DNA from: Macrostomum lignano
Lineage: Eukaryota
Assembly (NCBI GenBank): GCA_002269645.1
Contig: NIVC01000658.1
Coordinates: forward strand, 310,001 to 374,000
DNA: 64,000 nucleotides
Direction of reading: 5' to 3'
Shown: positions 27,821 through 47,890 of the stretch, piece by piece
How the letters are laid out: every line of letters starts with the position of its first letter
How positions within the stretch are numbered: position 1 is the stretch's first letter
Program-made: the position numbers and the translations under genes
Notes under the pieces: generated by a model
The model's input: only the letters and a program-made list of their open reading frames with translations
Told to the model about the DNA's origin: nothing
The model's database searches: none

Positions 27821-28294
27821 GTGGACTGATCCAAGAATTCCACGCCGGGCTGTTTGCTGAGTTGCTGTCGATCATGAGCTCAGCATTATATTTGCCGGAT
27901 ATGAAATTCAGCTTGGACAGGTTTAATGAATGGGGCGGGCTGGCACGAGTTCTGTGCTTTGCTAGTTCTTGTTTGATTAGCGAAAATTCCATCGCTTCTT
28001 CGCCTCACGTTGATGCGAAGAATATTGTATCAAAGTTGTTTCAATTGTCATCGCTTTAACAGAAATTGGGATTGTATGTAAGTATATGTCATCTTGGCCC
28101 CCGAGTTGAGACTTGAATTCTTTCTCTGGCTAATTTTTTAGACTTTGGGTTAAGCTTTCTCTACAAAGCTGTTGTGCCTTAAGAAGTTTTCTCCCGGGAT
28201 TTACGAGTGCATCCAGAGTTTTAGCTCGCTGCCTTCGGCCTGACTGTTGAGAGTCATCGCTGGCTACTGGGACTCAATAGCACATGTTGCGTGT

Positions 28295-29088
28295 GTTCCT
28301 ATCCTTGTTCCTGTCCTTGTTCCTGTCCTTGTTCCTGTCCTTGTTCCTGTCCTTGTTCCTGTCCTTGTTCCTGTCCTTGTTCCTGTCCTTGTTCCTGTCC
28401 TTGTTTCCTGTTCTTGTTCCTGTCCTTGTTCCTGTCCTTGTTCCTGTCCTTGTTCCTGTCCTTGTTCCTGTCCTTGTTCTCTGTTCTTGTTCCTGTCCTT
28501 GTTCCTGTCCTTGTTCCTGTCCTTGTTCCTGTCTTTGTTCCTGTCCTTGTTCCTGTTCTTGTTCGCTGTTCTTGTTCTGCTGTCCTTGTTCCTGTTCTTG
28601 TTCCTGTCCTTGTTCCTGTCCTTGTTCCTGTCCTTGTTCCTGTCCTTGTTCCTGTCCTTGTTCCTGTTCTTGTTCCTGTTCTTGTTCCTGTCCTTGTTCC
28701 TGTTCTTGTTCCTGTCTTGTTCCTGTCCTTTGTTCCTGTCCTTGTTCCTGTCCTTGTTCCTGTCCTTGTTCCTGTTCTTGTCCTGTTTCTTGTTCCTGTC
28801 CTTGTTCCTGTTCTTGTTCCTGTTCTTGTTCCTGTTCTTGTTACTGTCTGTTCTGTCTCTGTTCCTGTCTCTGTTCCTGTCTCTGTTACTGTCTCTGTTC
28901 CTGTCTCTGTTCCTGTCTCTGTTACTGTCTCTGTTCCTGTCTCTGTTCCTGTCTCTGTTCCTGTCTCTGTTCCTGTCTCTGTTCCTGTCTCTGTTCCTGT
29001 CTCTGTTACTGTCTCTGTTACTGTCGCCTGCTCCTGTCTCTGTTACTGTCCTTGTTCCTGTCCTTGTTCCTGCTATTGTTCCTGTTCT
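28295..29088. repeat. 12-bp repeat (TTCCTGTCCTTG)n
   Basis: Visible tandem units. Confidence 0.96.
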
Positions 29089-29089
29089 T

Positions 29090-31920
<2,831 letters not shown>

Positions 31921-33019
31921 TGATTGATTGATTGATTGATTGATTTACAGAGTGATAGTTTGATAGATTGATAGGTTGATACGCACAAAGGTTGATAGGT
32001 AGACAGATTGTATTTATTAACATATCTATTTGTATTGACAGATTGATAGAAGGAGGAATCGAGTAGCTGTTTAACGATATAAAAAGATGAATTATGAAAA
32101 ATGTCGAATCTCCATGCGAGTGAAAGATCAGAAAATGACAGATCAGCGGCGGCGTGCGACTCGATCAGCGAGTCGGCAGGAAAGCAATCGATTTAACACC
32201 GCGTCTGTGTTACGCAGTTCGCCTGCATGGCGTACCAGCTGAGGGAGGGGGAGGAAGCGAGGAGTTTGAAGGAAAGAGAGAAATTTTTTGGCGGCCTGCA
32301 GTTTGCGAAGCCACCGGGCTGAGTTTGCCGCCCAGGATCCCGGATGCAGGTTGGCGCTGCCGTGTGTGTATGTCTGCGCGGGTGTTTGAGTATCGGTGTG
32401 AGCTGGTAGGCATTATGGAAATCGATTCCAGTGTGGATTGAGAGGAGAGAGAGAGGCTGGGAGGCAGCAATTATGTAGGTGAGACGCCCCACCCGTGTGA
32501 TGAGACTTAAAGCCGGCTCAAAACTGCCCCCCCCCCTCTACTGTGTTTCTGCCTCTTCCTTCGGTAGTTAAGCTGCTAAGCAGATGCTGCGGCTGCCCCA
32601 GCATCCCACAGAGCTCTCCCACTCACGGTGGGAGCCCCTTGCGACAGCCCAGCTGACTCCCCAGCAGAGACAGTCCGAGGCTGCACGCCCGGTTTCCCGC
32701 TGAAGACAATGGTGGGGCCGACTTTCTGTGAAGGAGGCTGGGTGTGTCCCAGAAACGTGTCCCAAACAATAGGCGATGGAAGGGCTGCCGTCTTCCGTCT
32801 GAGGCATGCTGCTTCTTTTTCTTGTTGGAAAAAAAGAGAGAAAAGACAGGCTCAAGGCGGCAAAGTGCCTGAATTGGCTGGGAGACGGGAAAGGGCATTG
32901 TGTCTTGGGGCTTTGGGGCTTCAGTTTATTGCTGGAGAAACTGACAAAATTTCTAAAGAAATTTCAAAATCGCGAGTAGATAGGCGCCAAGTAGAGATAA
33001 TAAGGATTATGAGGTGCAA

Positions 33020-33440
33020 AAAATGGGGCGCCAAGAATGAAACAAATGAGGCGCCAAGAGTGAAACAAATAAGGCGCCAAGAATGAAACAAATGATGAGG
33101 TGCCAAGAATGAAACAAATGAGGCGCCAAGAATGAAACAAATGAGGCGCCAAGAATGAAACAAATGAGGCGCTAAGAATGAAACAAATGAGGCGCTAAGA
33201 ATGAAACAAATGATGAGGTGCCAAGAATGAAACAAATGAGGCGCCAAGAATGAAACAAATGAGGCGCCAAGAATGAAACAAATGAGGCGCTAAGAATGAA
33301 ACAAATGAGGCGCTAGAGAATGAAACAAATGATGAAGGTGCCGAGAATGAAACAAATGATGAGGCGCCAAGAATGAACAAATGAAGCGCTCAGAGTGGGA
33401 GGGGCGGTGCTAAGATCATAGGATGAGGCGCCAGAAAACG
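33020..33440. repeat. 23-bp repeat (GAGGCGCCAAGAATGAAACAAAT)n
   Basis: Visible tandem units. Confidence 0.95.
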
Positions 33441-34064
33441 CCGAGTGAATCATCTCAGAGTCCGTGTGAATCAGGTTTTCACTCTTTTTCAACAAAAAAG
33501 GCGACTCAAACTCTCAAAGCCTCCTAAAGCCTTTTTTCTAAGCCGGGGCTTTATCTGCTCTCGAGATGCAGATATGAGCGCATCTGCCCGGGACTTCTCC
33601 ATTTCTTCCCAATCCCGTTCAATAGGGAGATCTTGTCCTGCAGCTATTTCAGCTTTCTAGAATAGGAGCGGGAGAGAAATTCAACTATTGGGGATCTCCC
33701 GATATGCATATATGGGTCCATATAAATATAAATATAAATATTCCCATTTGCTCACCGTTGCATTTGGACTAACTGGAGCTCTGCGCGGCTCAGTGCTCGG
33801 AGATTGAATACTCGGCCCAATGAACTAATTAGTGCTGCTGTGCCTGCGCCCATTATCAGCTGTCAACCTTCTGCATATTTGTGGGCACACTGTATGCATA
33901 TCTGCCCCTCATCCTGAGCATTGAGTATCTGCGCCTCCTGCTAGGCCACTGTGAAGCCCTTTTTGGTTCCCAGTTCGTTTTACGTTCGATGCAGACTAGT
34001 TTTTATTGTTTTATTATTAACTCGAATACTCATGACTCAAAACTCCGCTGATGACTCACTCCAC

Positions 34065-34495
34065 CACTCCATGACTCTCTTTGGCACTGCATGATTCACT
34101 TTGGCACTCCATGACTCACACTTTGGCACTCCATGACTCACTTTGGCACTCCATGACTCACTTTGGCACTGCCGTGACTCACTCTAGCATCTATGACTGC
34201 ACTTTGGCACTCCATGACTCACACTTTGGCACTCCATGACTCACACTTTGGCACTCCATGACTCACAATTTGGCACTCCATGACTCACTTTGGCACTCCA
34301 TGACTCACTTTCACACTCCATGACTCACTTTGGCACTCCATTACTCACTCTAGCACTCTATGTCTTTAGAACTCCATGACTCTCTTTACCACTCCATTAC
34401 TCACTTTGGCACTCCATGACTCACTTTGGCACTCCATGACTCACTTAAGCATTCTGTGACTCTCTTTCACATTCCATGACTAACTCACTCGAGTA
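34065..34495. repeat. 20-22-bp repeat (CACTCCATGACTCACTTTGG)n
   Basis: Visible tandem units. Confidence 0.93.
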
Positions 34496-34689
34496 CTTTT
34501 GCCTCACTAAAATTCCATTATGTCATGTCCTTTTCCTTAAAATCATTAACTATTTTTATGTCGCATAACGCTATGACAATTAAAATAGATTAGTGTTAAA
34601 TAAGTAGTGCCTTAGAAGAGTCGTATATCAAGCTGCTCAGTCTACTTGCAGTAGCTTGGTGAGGTAAACTATGGGAAACTACGAAAAAG

Positions 34690-36325
34690 TCTCTCTCCTC
34701 TCCTCTCCTCTCCTCTCCTCTCCTCTCCTCTCCTCTCCTCTCTTCTCCTCTCCTCTCCTCTCCTCTCCTCGCCTCTCCTCCTCTCTCTCCTCTCCTCTCC
34801 TCTCCTCTCCTCTCCTCTCCTCTTCTCTCCTCTCCTCTCCTCTCCTCCCTCTCCTCTCCTCTCTCCTCTCCTCTCCTCTCCTCTCCTCTCCTCTCCTCTC
34901 CTCTCCTCTCCTCCTCCTCTCCTCTCCTCCTCTCTCTCCTCTCCTCTCCTCTCCTCTCTCTCCTCTCCTCTCCTCTCCTCTCCTCTCCTCTCCTCTCCTC
35001 TCCTCTCCTCTCCTCTCCTCTCCTCTCCTCTCCTCCTCCTCTCCTCTCCTCTCCTCTTCCTCTCCTCTCCTCTCCTCTCCTCTCCTCTCCTCTCCTCTCC
35101 TCTCTCTCCTCTCCTCTCCTCTCCTCTCCTCTCCTCTCCTCTCCTCTCCTCTCCTCTCCTCTCTCTCCTCTCCTCTCCTCTCCTCTCCTCTCCTCTCCTC
35201 TCCACTCCTCTCCTCTCCTCTCCTCTCCTCTCCTCTCCTCTCCTCTTCTCTCTTCTCCTCTCCTCTCTCTCTCTCCTCTCCTCTCCTCTCCTCTCTCTCT
35301 CTCCTCTCCTCTCTCCTCTCCTCTCCTCTCTCTCCTCTCCTCTCCTCTCCTCTCCTCTCCTCCTCTTCTCTCTTCTCCTCTCCTTCTCTCCTCTCCTCTC
35401 CTCTCCTCTCCTCTCCTCTCCTCTCCTCTCCTCTCCTCTCCTCTCCTCTCCCTCTCTCCTCTCCTCTCCTCTCCTCTCCTCTCCTCTCCTCTCTCTCTCC
35501 TCTCCTCTCCTCTCCTCTCCTCTCCTCTCCTCTCCTCTCCCTCTCTCCTCTCCTCTCCTCTCCTCTCCTCTCCTCTCCTCTCCTCTCCTCTCCTCTCCTC
35601 CTCTTCTCTCCTCTCCTCTCCCTCTCCTCTCCTCTCCTCTCCTCTCCTCTCCTCTCCTCTCCTCTCCTCTCCTCTCCTCTCCTCTCCTCTCCTCTCCTTC
35701 TCTTCTCCTCTCCTCTCCTCTCCTCTCCTCTCCTCTCCTCTCTCTCCTCTCCTCTCCTCTCCTCTCCTCTCCTCTCCTCTCCTCTCCTCTCCTCTCCTCT
35801 CCTCTCCTCTCCTCTCCTCTCCTCTCTCTCTGTCTCCTCTCCTCTCCTCTCCTCTCCTCTCCTCTCCTCTCCTCTCCTCTCCTCTCCTCTCCTCTCCTCT
35901 CCTCTCCTCTCCTCTCCTCTCTCTCTCTCCTCTCCTCTCCTCTCCTCTCCTCTCCTCTCCTCTCCTCTCCTCTCCTCTCCTCTCCTCTCCTCTCCTCTCC
36001 TCTCCTCTCCTCTCCTCTCCTCTCCTCTCCTCTCCTCTCCTCTCCTCTCCTCTCCTCTCCCTCTCCACTCCTCTTCTCTCTTTCCTCTCCTCTCCTCTCC
36101 TCTCCTCTCCTCTCCTCTCCTCTCCTCTCCTCTCCTCTCCTCTCCTCTCCTCTCCACTCCTCTTCTCTCCTCTCCTCTCCTCTCCTCTCCTCTCCTCTCC
36201 TCTCCACTCCTCTCCTCGCCTCTCCTCTCCTCTCCTCTCCTCTCCTCTCCTCTCCTCTCCTCTCCTCTCCTCTCCTCTCCTCTCCTCTTCTCTCCTCTCC
36301 TCTCCTCTCCTCTCCTCTCTCCTAT
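34690..36325. repeat. (CTCCT)n pentanucleotide satellite
   Basis: Direct reading. Confidence 0.98.
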
Positions 36326-36944
36326 CTTTGTATCTATTCCTCTTCTCCTCTCTTCTGTCATCTATTTTTCCAGCATCTCGTTTCTCCCCTCTGTCACCGA
36401 AGCCAGTGCCGCATTTTATCTAACCTCTATTTTCCCACTTATCCAACCCTATCATTGGCAAATGAAAGCTTCATGGCCAGCTCCCCTTCACCATCATCCA
36501 GTGTACGGTGCCGGACCCGTTCCCCTGGTCAAGCAAGTCTCCCTGCAGTTTCCCATTGGCTAAGCCAAGCCCTGGATGCCACTAACACCACTTCATTCGC
36601 CATTCCCCCCCCCCCGTTCCATTGACTGCGAACCCATAACTGCTATAAAGTTTTCCAACCGCGTTCTCAACAAAGGAGACAATTTTTCAATACGCCTCAT
36701 TCCTCTGTCGCATCTCAATTTTCAATTGTTAGAAAACAGCAATAAAGAGCCGATCCAAGCCGTCATGTGCGTCTATAAATTATTTAGTCATTAAAGTTAG
36801 AAGAAATCTCTTCGGAGAGAGAGATTAAATTTTGGCAGCTTCACTGCTCGGCCAAAACTGCAAGGTGAGTGAAGTTCCTTTCATCTAAGCTCGTACTATA
36901 GGTAATTTTTATGGATCTAATTTCCAACACCGCTATATCACAAC

Positions 36945-37830
36945 TCTCCCTCCCTTCTATCTCTGTCCTCTCTCCTTCTCTCCCTCCCCTCTCTCACTCC
37001 CTTCTCTCCCTCCCTTCTATATCTGTCCTCTCTCCTTCTCTCCCTCCCCTCTCTCCCTCCCTTCTCTCCCTCAACTCTCCTTCTCTCCCCCCTCTCTCCC
37101 TCCCTTCTCTCCCTCCACTCTCCTTCTCTCCCTCCCATCTCTCCCTCCATTCTCCTTGTCTCCCTCCTCTCTCCCTCTCTCCCTCCACTCTCCTTCTCTC
37201 CCTCCCTTCTCTCCCTCCCTTCTATATCTGTCCTCTCTCCTTCTCTCCCTCCCCTCTCTCCCTCCCTTCTCTCCCTCCACTCTCCTTCTCTCCCTCCCCT
37301 CTCTCCCTCCATTCTCTCCCTCCACTCTCCTTCTCCCCCCCCTCTCTCCCTCCCTTCTCTCCCTCCACTCTCCTTCTCTCCCCCCTCTCTCCCTCCATTC
37401 TCCTTGTCTCCCTTCCCTCTCTCCTTCTCTCCCTCCCCTCTCTCCCTCCATTCTCTCCCTCCACTCTCCTTCTCTCCCCCCCTCTCTCCCTCCCTTCTCT
37501 CCCTCCACTCTCCTTCTCTCCCCCCTCTCTCCCTCCATTCTCCTTGTCTCCCTTCCCTCTCTCCTTCTCTCCCTCCCCTTCTCTCCCTCCATTCTCCTTG
37601 TCTCCCTCCTCTCTCCCTTCTCTCCCTCCTCTCTCCCTTCTCTCCCTCCTCTCTCCCTCCCCTCTCTCCCTCCACTCTCATTCTCTCCCTCCCTTTTCCC
37701 CCTCTTTCCCTTTCTCCCTCTCCACTCATCTCCCTCATCTTTCTTCCATCTCTCCCTTCTTTCCACTCTCCCCTCTCACCCTCTGTTCCTTCTCTCTCTT
37801 ACATCTCTTCCCTTCTCCCCCCTCCCTCCC
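36945..37830. repeat. CT-rich degenerate repeat
   Basis: Direct reading. Confidence 0.92.
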
Positions 37831-38454
37831 AATCGCTCCCCTCATTCTGAGTGATTTCTGCCGCCAAGGCATGCGCAATAATGTTTGTGTTTCTCTTAAC
37901 AGTTCTATTCCGGTTTCTTTATTCCGCCATTGAATCTGCCTCCCTCGGCAATGCCCAGCTTCCAACAGTTCTGTCTAGGCCTATATAGTCTGGCCTAGCT
38001 TGGTCATGGAGCCAAGCATGGGATCATTATTGAGTCTTCATTATTGGATTATTTGATTATAGAGAGGCAAGGCAGACGGCTAATCCGGGAGCCAAAATCA
38101 GCAATGACATCCGCGCAAAAGAAAGAAAAAAGTTTCCAAAAGATTCCAAAACCTTTGACCGCATTGTTGTTGTCAAGGGTCTCCCGGTAGGCACTCGAAG
38201 CAATATTCGAGTCAGTTCTGTCTCCATGCGGATGTTCGAACCTCAATTTAGGTGGCAACCATAGCGGAAGAACTCACGGCCCTGTTTCCTGACTTGCTTC
38301 TCCAGATTATGTAATGCTTTTTTTCAGGATTTCCCGTCCTACTGGCGTTTTCAAGATGAAGCTTCGCGTAACTTTGAGCATAGTCTCTTTCAAGTATTTC
38401 GCTTTCCAGAAATTTCTATGGATAAATAGTTCGTTGAGTTTACTATATCTATCA

Positions 38455-38950
38455 GGCACTCAGGCACTCCGGTTCAAGGCACTCCGATTAGGGACTCCGA
38501 TCAGGCACTCCGATCAGGCACTCTGATCAGGCACTCCGGTTCAAGGCACTCCGATTCAAGGCACCACGATTCAGGGCACTCTGATCAGGCACTCCAATTC
38601 AAGGCACTCTGAATCAAGACACTCAGATTAGGCACACCGATTAGGCACTCCAAATCAAGGCACTCCGATTAAAGGCACTCCGATTATGCACTCCGATCAG
38701 GCACTCCGATCAGGCACTCCGATCAGGCACTCCGATTAGGCACTCCGATCAGGCACTCCGATCAGGCACTCCGATCAGGCACTCCAAATCAAGGCACTCC
38801 GATCAGGCACTCCGATCAGGCACTCCGCTCAGGCACTCCGGTCAGGCACTCAGATTAGGCACTCTTTATCAGGCACTCTTTATCAGGCACTCAGATCAGT
38901 CACTCCGATTAGGCACTCCGATCAGGCACTCCGCTCAGGCACTCCGATTG
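38455..38950. repeat. 13-bp repeat (CAGGCACTCCGAT)n
   Basis: Visible tandem units. Confidence 0.95.
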
Positions 38951-39352
38951 CTAATCAGGCACGTCAGCGAAACAGTGCCTCCCACAACTCAAGCAGTCTT
39001 TACAAGTAAGCTTCAATGAAAAAATACCCGCTGCGTACAAAGACAACACACCATTGAATGTTTTTCTCTTTCTGATGTCGCCCATTCATTCATCCCATAC
39101 TAATTCTATCAAGCTGACAACCGGCGGAACTGCACGACACGTCAAGGGCGCTGCCATCCTTGCCCGCCTGTAAGCCTGCTGTGCACTTACTAATAGGGAA
39201 ATGGCAGCTGAGGATCCAAGAAAACTAAAGCAGATTTCCGAGAGGATGAATGCAGCCTCACAGCTTTGAGCCTACTTCGTCTCCTAAGCTGGCAATTTTG
39301 CTGTTGTAGCGATAATCTTTGGCTGGCCGCTCACTGCTCACTGCTCACTCAC

Positions 39353-39640
39353 TCGATCCCGGTCACTCCAAAACCCCGTGACGGACACTTCGTTCCAACG
39401 ATGCATCCCGGCCGAACTTCTCGCTGATCCCGGGCCGCCTAAACCGCTAGGGATCTGCTGTGAGGATCCAATCCAATCATATGTTCTCCCTTCTTTCCAG
39501 CATCTGCGAGCAAACTTCTTTCGAGGGGGGGGGGGTTGGTGGGGGCGTTTGGCGGCAGAAGTCAGGCAGCTCTTGACGCCAAAAAAAGCAAGAACTGTTG
39601 ATATAAACACCAACAGTAGACCAATGAGAGCATTTGAAGA
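39353..39640 (-). CDS. Possible orphan exon encoding a hydrophobic (TM-like) segment and a basic/Pro-rich stem
   Basis: TCTTTCCAG acceptor, CGA|GTGAGT donor, 288 nt open in phase 0/0; [18 protein letters not shown]. Confidence 0.35.
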
Positions 39641-39646
39641 CTGGAA

Positions 39647-39962
<316 letters not shown>

Positions 39963-40329
39963 CAACACCCATCACGCCAATTGATGCTTTTCCCTAAAAT
40001 GTTTCCCCTAAAAATATGACTTGCATTGCGACTTCTGGTTCAGACTCAGAGAGGCACAAACCAGGGATATAAATAATTAAATTATGCTTATTGCTCGTGT
40101 CGGTATGCATGGATGCGTGTTGTGCACAATGGGCTGTAGCTCGTATGAACAGTTCAGGTGTAGCGCGGTATCTCATTGTGCAGGGGTTTAACGAGACTGA
40201 CTGACTCGCGCCAGAGGTTCGGGCATTCAAGGGTCTTTGCTGACGACTGCTTTTGTAATTGTTGTGGGGCGTTGTGGCTCAGAATAATTGAGGTTGTAAA
40301 ATCTACTCCAGAATGACGTTCATCAGTCC

Positions 40330-41460
40330 CCATCCCAATACCGATCCCGATCCCAATCCAAATCCCGATCCCAATCCCGATCCCGATCCCAATCCCGATC
40401 CCGATCCCAATCCCGATCCCGATCCCAATCCAAATCCCGATCCCGATCCCGATCCCAATCCAAATCCCGATCCCAATCCCGATCCCGATCCCAATCCAAA
40501 TCCCGATCCCAATCCCGATCCCGATCCCGATCCCAATCCAAATCCCGATCCCAATCCCGATCCCGATCCCAATCCAAATCCCGATCCCAATCCCGATCCC
40601 GATCACAATCCAAATCCCGATCCCAATCCCGATCCCGATCCCAATCCCGATCCCGATCCCAATCCAAATCCCGATCCCAATCCCGATCCCGATCCCAATC
40701 CCAATCCCGATCCCAATCCAAATCCCGATCCCGATCCCAATCCCGATCCCAATCCCGATCCCAATCCCGATCCCGATCCCAATCCCGATCCCGATCCCAA
40801 TCCAAATCCCGATCCCGATCCCAATCCCGATCCCAATCCCGATCCCGATCCCAATCCCGATCCCAATCCAAATCCCATCCCGATCCCGATCCCAATCCAA
40901 ATCCTGATCCCAACCCCGATCCCAACCCCGATCCCAACCCCGATCCCAACCCCGATCCCAACCCCGATCCCATCCCGATCCCGATCCCAATCCAAATCCT
41001 GATCCCAACCCCGATCCCAACCCCGATCCCAACCCCGATCCCAACCCCGATCCCAACCCCGATCTCAACCCCGATCCCAACCCCGATCCCAGCCCTGATC
41101 CCAACCCCGATCCCAACCCCGATCCCAACCCCGATCCCAACCCCGATCCCAACCCCGATCCCAACCCCGATCCCAACCCCGATCCCAACCCCGATCCCAA
41201 CCCCGATCCCAACCCGATCCCAACCCCGATCCCAACCCCGATCCCAACCCCGATCCCAACCCCGATCCCAACCCCGATCCCAACCCCGATCCCAACCCCG
41301 ATCCCAACCCCGATCCCAACCCCGATCCCAACCCCGATCCCAACCCCGATCCCAACCCCGATCCCGATCCCGATCCCAATCCCGATCCCAACCCGATCCC
41401 GATCCCGATCCCAATCCAAATCCCAATCCCGATCCCAACCCGATCCTGATCCCAATACCC
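40330..41460. repeat. Hexamer-based repeat (CCGATC/CCAATC/CCAACC)n
   Basis: Direct reading. Confidence 0.96.
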
Positions 41461-41786
41461 ATTCCAGTCTCAAACATCATCAAAATTTTAATCTCATTTT
41501 CTTATACAGCCGAACGAATTTCGCTTCTTTACCAAGCCAGCCTTTCAACTCATATTCGGGCATTCATAATTCAGATCAGTGGTTCAAAGCCTCGGGGATT
41601 CGGACTTAGTAACTGCCGCATCAGCTGCGCTCATTATGTAACTACGAGTATCTATTTACAAAGGATTCTGCTGCACTGGGCTGATAAAAATTTCTGTTGA
41701 AAAATTATTTATTACTATATACGTTGCGTCATCCGGGTTAGAAGTCACAGCTGCATGGTTTTGCTAGTCAGAGTGTCCATCTCCAG

Positions 41787-41948
<162 letters not shown>

Positions 41949-44419
41949 CCTGCGCACTCTCAACAAGAGCAACCATATTGCTTTGGCAGCAGGTAGTCTA
42001 TCCTTCTGTCCCAACCATATCACAATGTCGAACGAGTCCTCTTCGAAAGCGTTCCGTATTGCATACAACAATGTCCAAAAAACTAGACAGGATAGAGACT
42101 GCTAGCAGCAGCTCTGTGCTCAACCTATCTAGTGTCACTCTGTCTGAAAGCGAAACTCAAGTTTTAGAAATGGGGAAAAACTTCGTGCCAGCCCCTTTAC
42201 GGATAGGTTCTGAACTTCTTTTCGAGTCCGTCAGGAACTTCAAACAGCGAATCGCGTTGAACTCCCTCCTCCAGCGCCGAACCTGTGCTTTCACTCTGCA
42301 CGCAACAGGACGCGCCTCAATTCCTAACATCAATCTGGATAAGTGGCAGTCACACAAAGACCTCTTTGATGCGCTGGACAAAGTCAAAATCCCAGAAGTC
42401 ATTTGCAACAAACCAAATTTGCCACAGGACCTTCGACATGCACTGCAAAGTCTCCGCAACAACAAAAGTATCGTCATTAAGCCTGCCGACAAAGGCAGTA
42501 ACCTGGTAGTCTTAAACCGCGAGGATTACATAGCAGAAGCCAGCAGACAACTTTCTAATTCCAGCTTCTATAAACCGATTGATTCGGCTTCAAGAATCCA
42601 AACCGCTCCTCGAATCAAAAAAATCTTTCAAGATTTCAGAGACGAAAAGGTCATCAATAATCACCAATATTCCCAGCTGGTTCCACCTGCGGAGCCGAGG
42701 GATAGGATTTTCTATCTACTTCCGAAAATTCACAAGGATCCGGAGACTTGGCCAAACCGTGGAATCCCTCCAGGCCGACCCATTGTCTCTGACTGCAACT
42801 CCGAAAGTTACATGAGTGCCAGGTTCATCGATCTCTATCTGCAGCCTATTGCCAAGGAACAGAACTCCTTCATTAGAGACACTGATCACTTTCAAGCAGC
42901 TATTCATGACTTGACGTACGACAAAGAAGAGAGCGTCTTCCTGGTCACAATGGATGTCGAATCCTTGTACACGAACATACCTACGGAGAAGGGGATTAAA
43001 ACTGTTAGGGACGCTTTTCAAAACTTTCCTCAACCATCAAGACCTGACGAGAAACTACTGGAGCTCCTTGACATCAATCTGACTAAGAATGACATGGTGT
43101 TCAACGAAAAACGCTATCTGCAGGTTAAGGGCACAAGCATGAGAAAATCATTTGCTCCATCCTATGCCAATATTTTCATGTCTGATTGGGAGTCCAAAGC
43201 TTTGAACACAGCTCCTTTTGCCCCTCATTTTTACAAGCGCTACATTGATGATATTTTCATGACTTTCATCGGGACGGAGGCACAACTGGAGCAGCTACAC
43301 AGACATCTGAACAGCTGCGACAATAACATACGCCTCACAATGCAGTACAGTAGAGATAAAATCAACTTTTTGGACTGCTGTGTCTCTTTGACTAACGAAG
43401 ACAACAGGAAGAGATTAACCTGCTCGATCTACTTCAAACCCACGGACTCCCGCCAATTATTGAACCCGAATTCTTTTCACCCAAAGCACACATTCAAAGG
43501 CATCATGAAATCCCAGTTTCTCCGCTACGCTCGCCGCTGCACCTTCAAAGAGGACTTTGACAAGGCTAGCAGCAGCCTGATGAGCATCCTTAAAAAGCAG
43601 GGACACTCGGTCCGCTTGATCCGAGACGCTAAAAAGTCAGCTCTCATACAACTTGGACTTTATATAGATTTTCAGTGGGCTTTCGGCTTCCAAGACTGCA
43701 GAAACCGAGACTGTGCTGTATGCCGACGACACGGCTGCTTTGGCCAAGTTTGTCCCGGTTCCACAGCAACTAAAATGGCCTACAGAATTTGTCAGAAGGT
43801 CCGCTGTAACTCCAGGTGCGCGGTCTACGCAATTCTTTGCAATACCTGTAATGGCCGTTGCATTTATGTCGGCGAAACAGATGGAGCTATCAAGGTCAGA
43901 CTCCAGGCCCACCTAAGTGACATTAGGCTCGCTAAGGACACCCCTGTTAGCAGACATTTTTGCTCTCCGAATCACTGCCTCGACGATCTTCGCTTCATGG
44001 GGCTCTGGTATCTCAGCACCGAGAGCGAGACCAGCAAAGAAGGAGCGCTACGCAGACGCAGGGTCATGGAACAGAAACTCATCTCCCTGCTGAGCACGCA
44101 GTCACCTGCAGGCCTCATTACAATTAACAGCAACACAAGCGCTTGTATCCCAATAGTTATTCCTTTTACGGATAGATCGACTAATATTGTACACGAAATT
44201 CGCACTGTTTTCTCAAACCATGCACATGGGTTGGACACTGTTGCTGCGTACACTCGAGCACCCTCTCTAAAGGACATTCTTTGCCCCTCAAAACTGCCTG
44301 CCCTCACTGATGGTATTGATTAAACTTTCAGAGTGAGCACTATTGAGCAACGCGCGACGGAGACCCTATTTGATTTACCTTGGTTAGAGCTGCCACTGCG
44401 TGAGAGGTTTTTTCAAACG
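41949..44419 (+). mobile_element. Penelope-like retroelement (Neptune-type), probably 5'-truncated
   Basis: Single ORF with RT and GIY-YIG domains, about 95-nt 3' tail, bounded on both sides by (TATC)n. Confidence 0.93.
41978..44323 (+). CDS. Penelope-like reverse transcriptase plus GIY-YIG endonuclease
   Basis: [25 protein letters not shown]; VIKPADKG; FYLLPKIHK; GRPIVS; [12 protein letters not shown]; RYIDD; INFLD; Cys-rich linker CRNRDCAVC; [10 protein letters not shown]...IYVGET...RLQAH. First ATG at 42071; GTSMRK replaces the usual GTxMG. Confidence 0.95.
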   Translation: MLWQQVVYPSVPTISQCRTSPLRKRSVLHTTMSKKLDRIETASSSSVLNLSSVTLSESETQVLEMGKNFVPAPLRIGSELLFESVRNFKQRIALNSLLQRRTCAFTLHATGRASIPNINLDKWQSHKDLFDALDKVKIPEVICNKPNLPQDLRHALQSLRNNKSIVIKPADKGSNLVVLNREDYIAEASRQLSNSSFYKPIDSASRIQTAPRIKKIFQDFRDEKVINNHQYSQLVPPAEPRDRIFYLLPKIHKDPETWPNRGIPPGRPIVSDCNSESYMSARFIDLYLQPIAKEQNSFIRDTDHFQAAIHDLTYDKEESVFLVTMDVESLYTNIPTEKGIKTVRDAFQNFPQPSRPDEKLLELLDINLTKNDMVFNEKRYLQVKGTSMRKSFAPSYANIFMSDWESKALNTAPFAPHFYKRYIDDIFMTFIGTEAQLEQLHRHLNSCDNNIRLTMQYSRDKINFLDCCVSLTNEDNRKRLTCSIYFKPTDSRQLLNPNSFHPKHTFKGIMKSQFLRYARRCTFKEDFDKASSSLMSILKKQGHSVRLIRDAKKSALIQLGLYIDFQWAFGFQDCRNRDCAVCRRHGCFGQVCPGSTATKMAYRICQKVRCNSRCAVYAILCNTCNGRCIYVGETDGAIKVRLQAHLSDIRLAKDTPVSRHFCSPNHCLDDLRFMGLWYLSTESETSKEGALRRRRVMEQKLISLLSTQSPAGLITINSNTSACIPIVIPFTDRSTNIVHEIRTVFSNHAHGLDTVAAYTRAPSLKDILCPSKLPALTDGID

Positions 44420-47388
<2,969 letters not shown>

Positions 47389-47806
47389 GCTCGTGTTTAT
47401 TTGTCCGCAGAAGTGCAGTTCCAGTGTCCAGAGATAATGAGTGGAACTGCACTGAAGCTGAGCACAGAGTGCCATCAGCAGCCTTGACTGTGTGGCCGGC
47501 GGCAATCCCCAGACTGCGCCATTTATATTTATATGAAAAATGGCCAACTTTGAGAAAGCCCGCCGCATCCTTGAGAATGGCTCCCAGTCCCAGTCTTATC
47601 GGTTCTCAATCCAGCACCTCGATTCGCGAAACGCCCTCTGTTCCAGCTTCCCCCTTTCTTATGGGCCGCCAGAGTAGTGAATAATATGTATAGTATTTAT
47701 AGTAACCATAATATAGATGAAAAGTACAGAGTTTGCTTTCAGCTCCTGTTCAGTACACTGTGCACTTCTGATTCAATTACAAGTGCCTTAGGGTCTCATT
47801 CACCCA

Positions 47807-47890
47807 TGAACTCACTCATGAACTCACTCATGAACTCACTCATGAACTCACTCATGAACTCACTCATAAACTCACTCATGAACTCACTCA
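47807..47890. repeat. 12-bp repeat (ATGAACTCACTC)n
   Basis: Reverse complement of the 22070-22580 family. Confidence 0.93.

Noticed and set aside
38049-38460. Protein-like text on the minus strand (YSKLNELFIHRNFW...REFFRYG...)
   Set aside because: It needs at least two frameshifts, its splice phase does not match the 39353 exon, and no family is recognisable.
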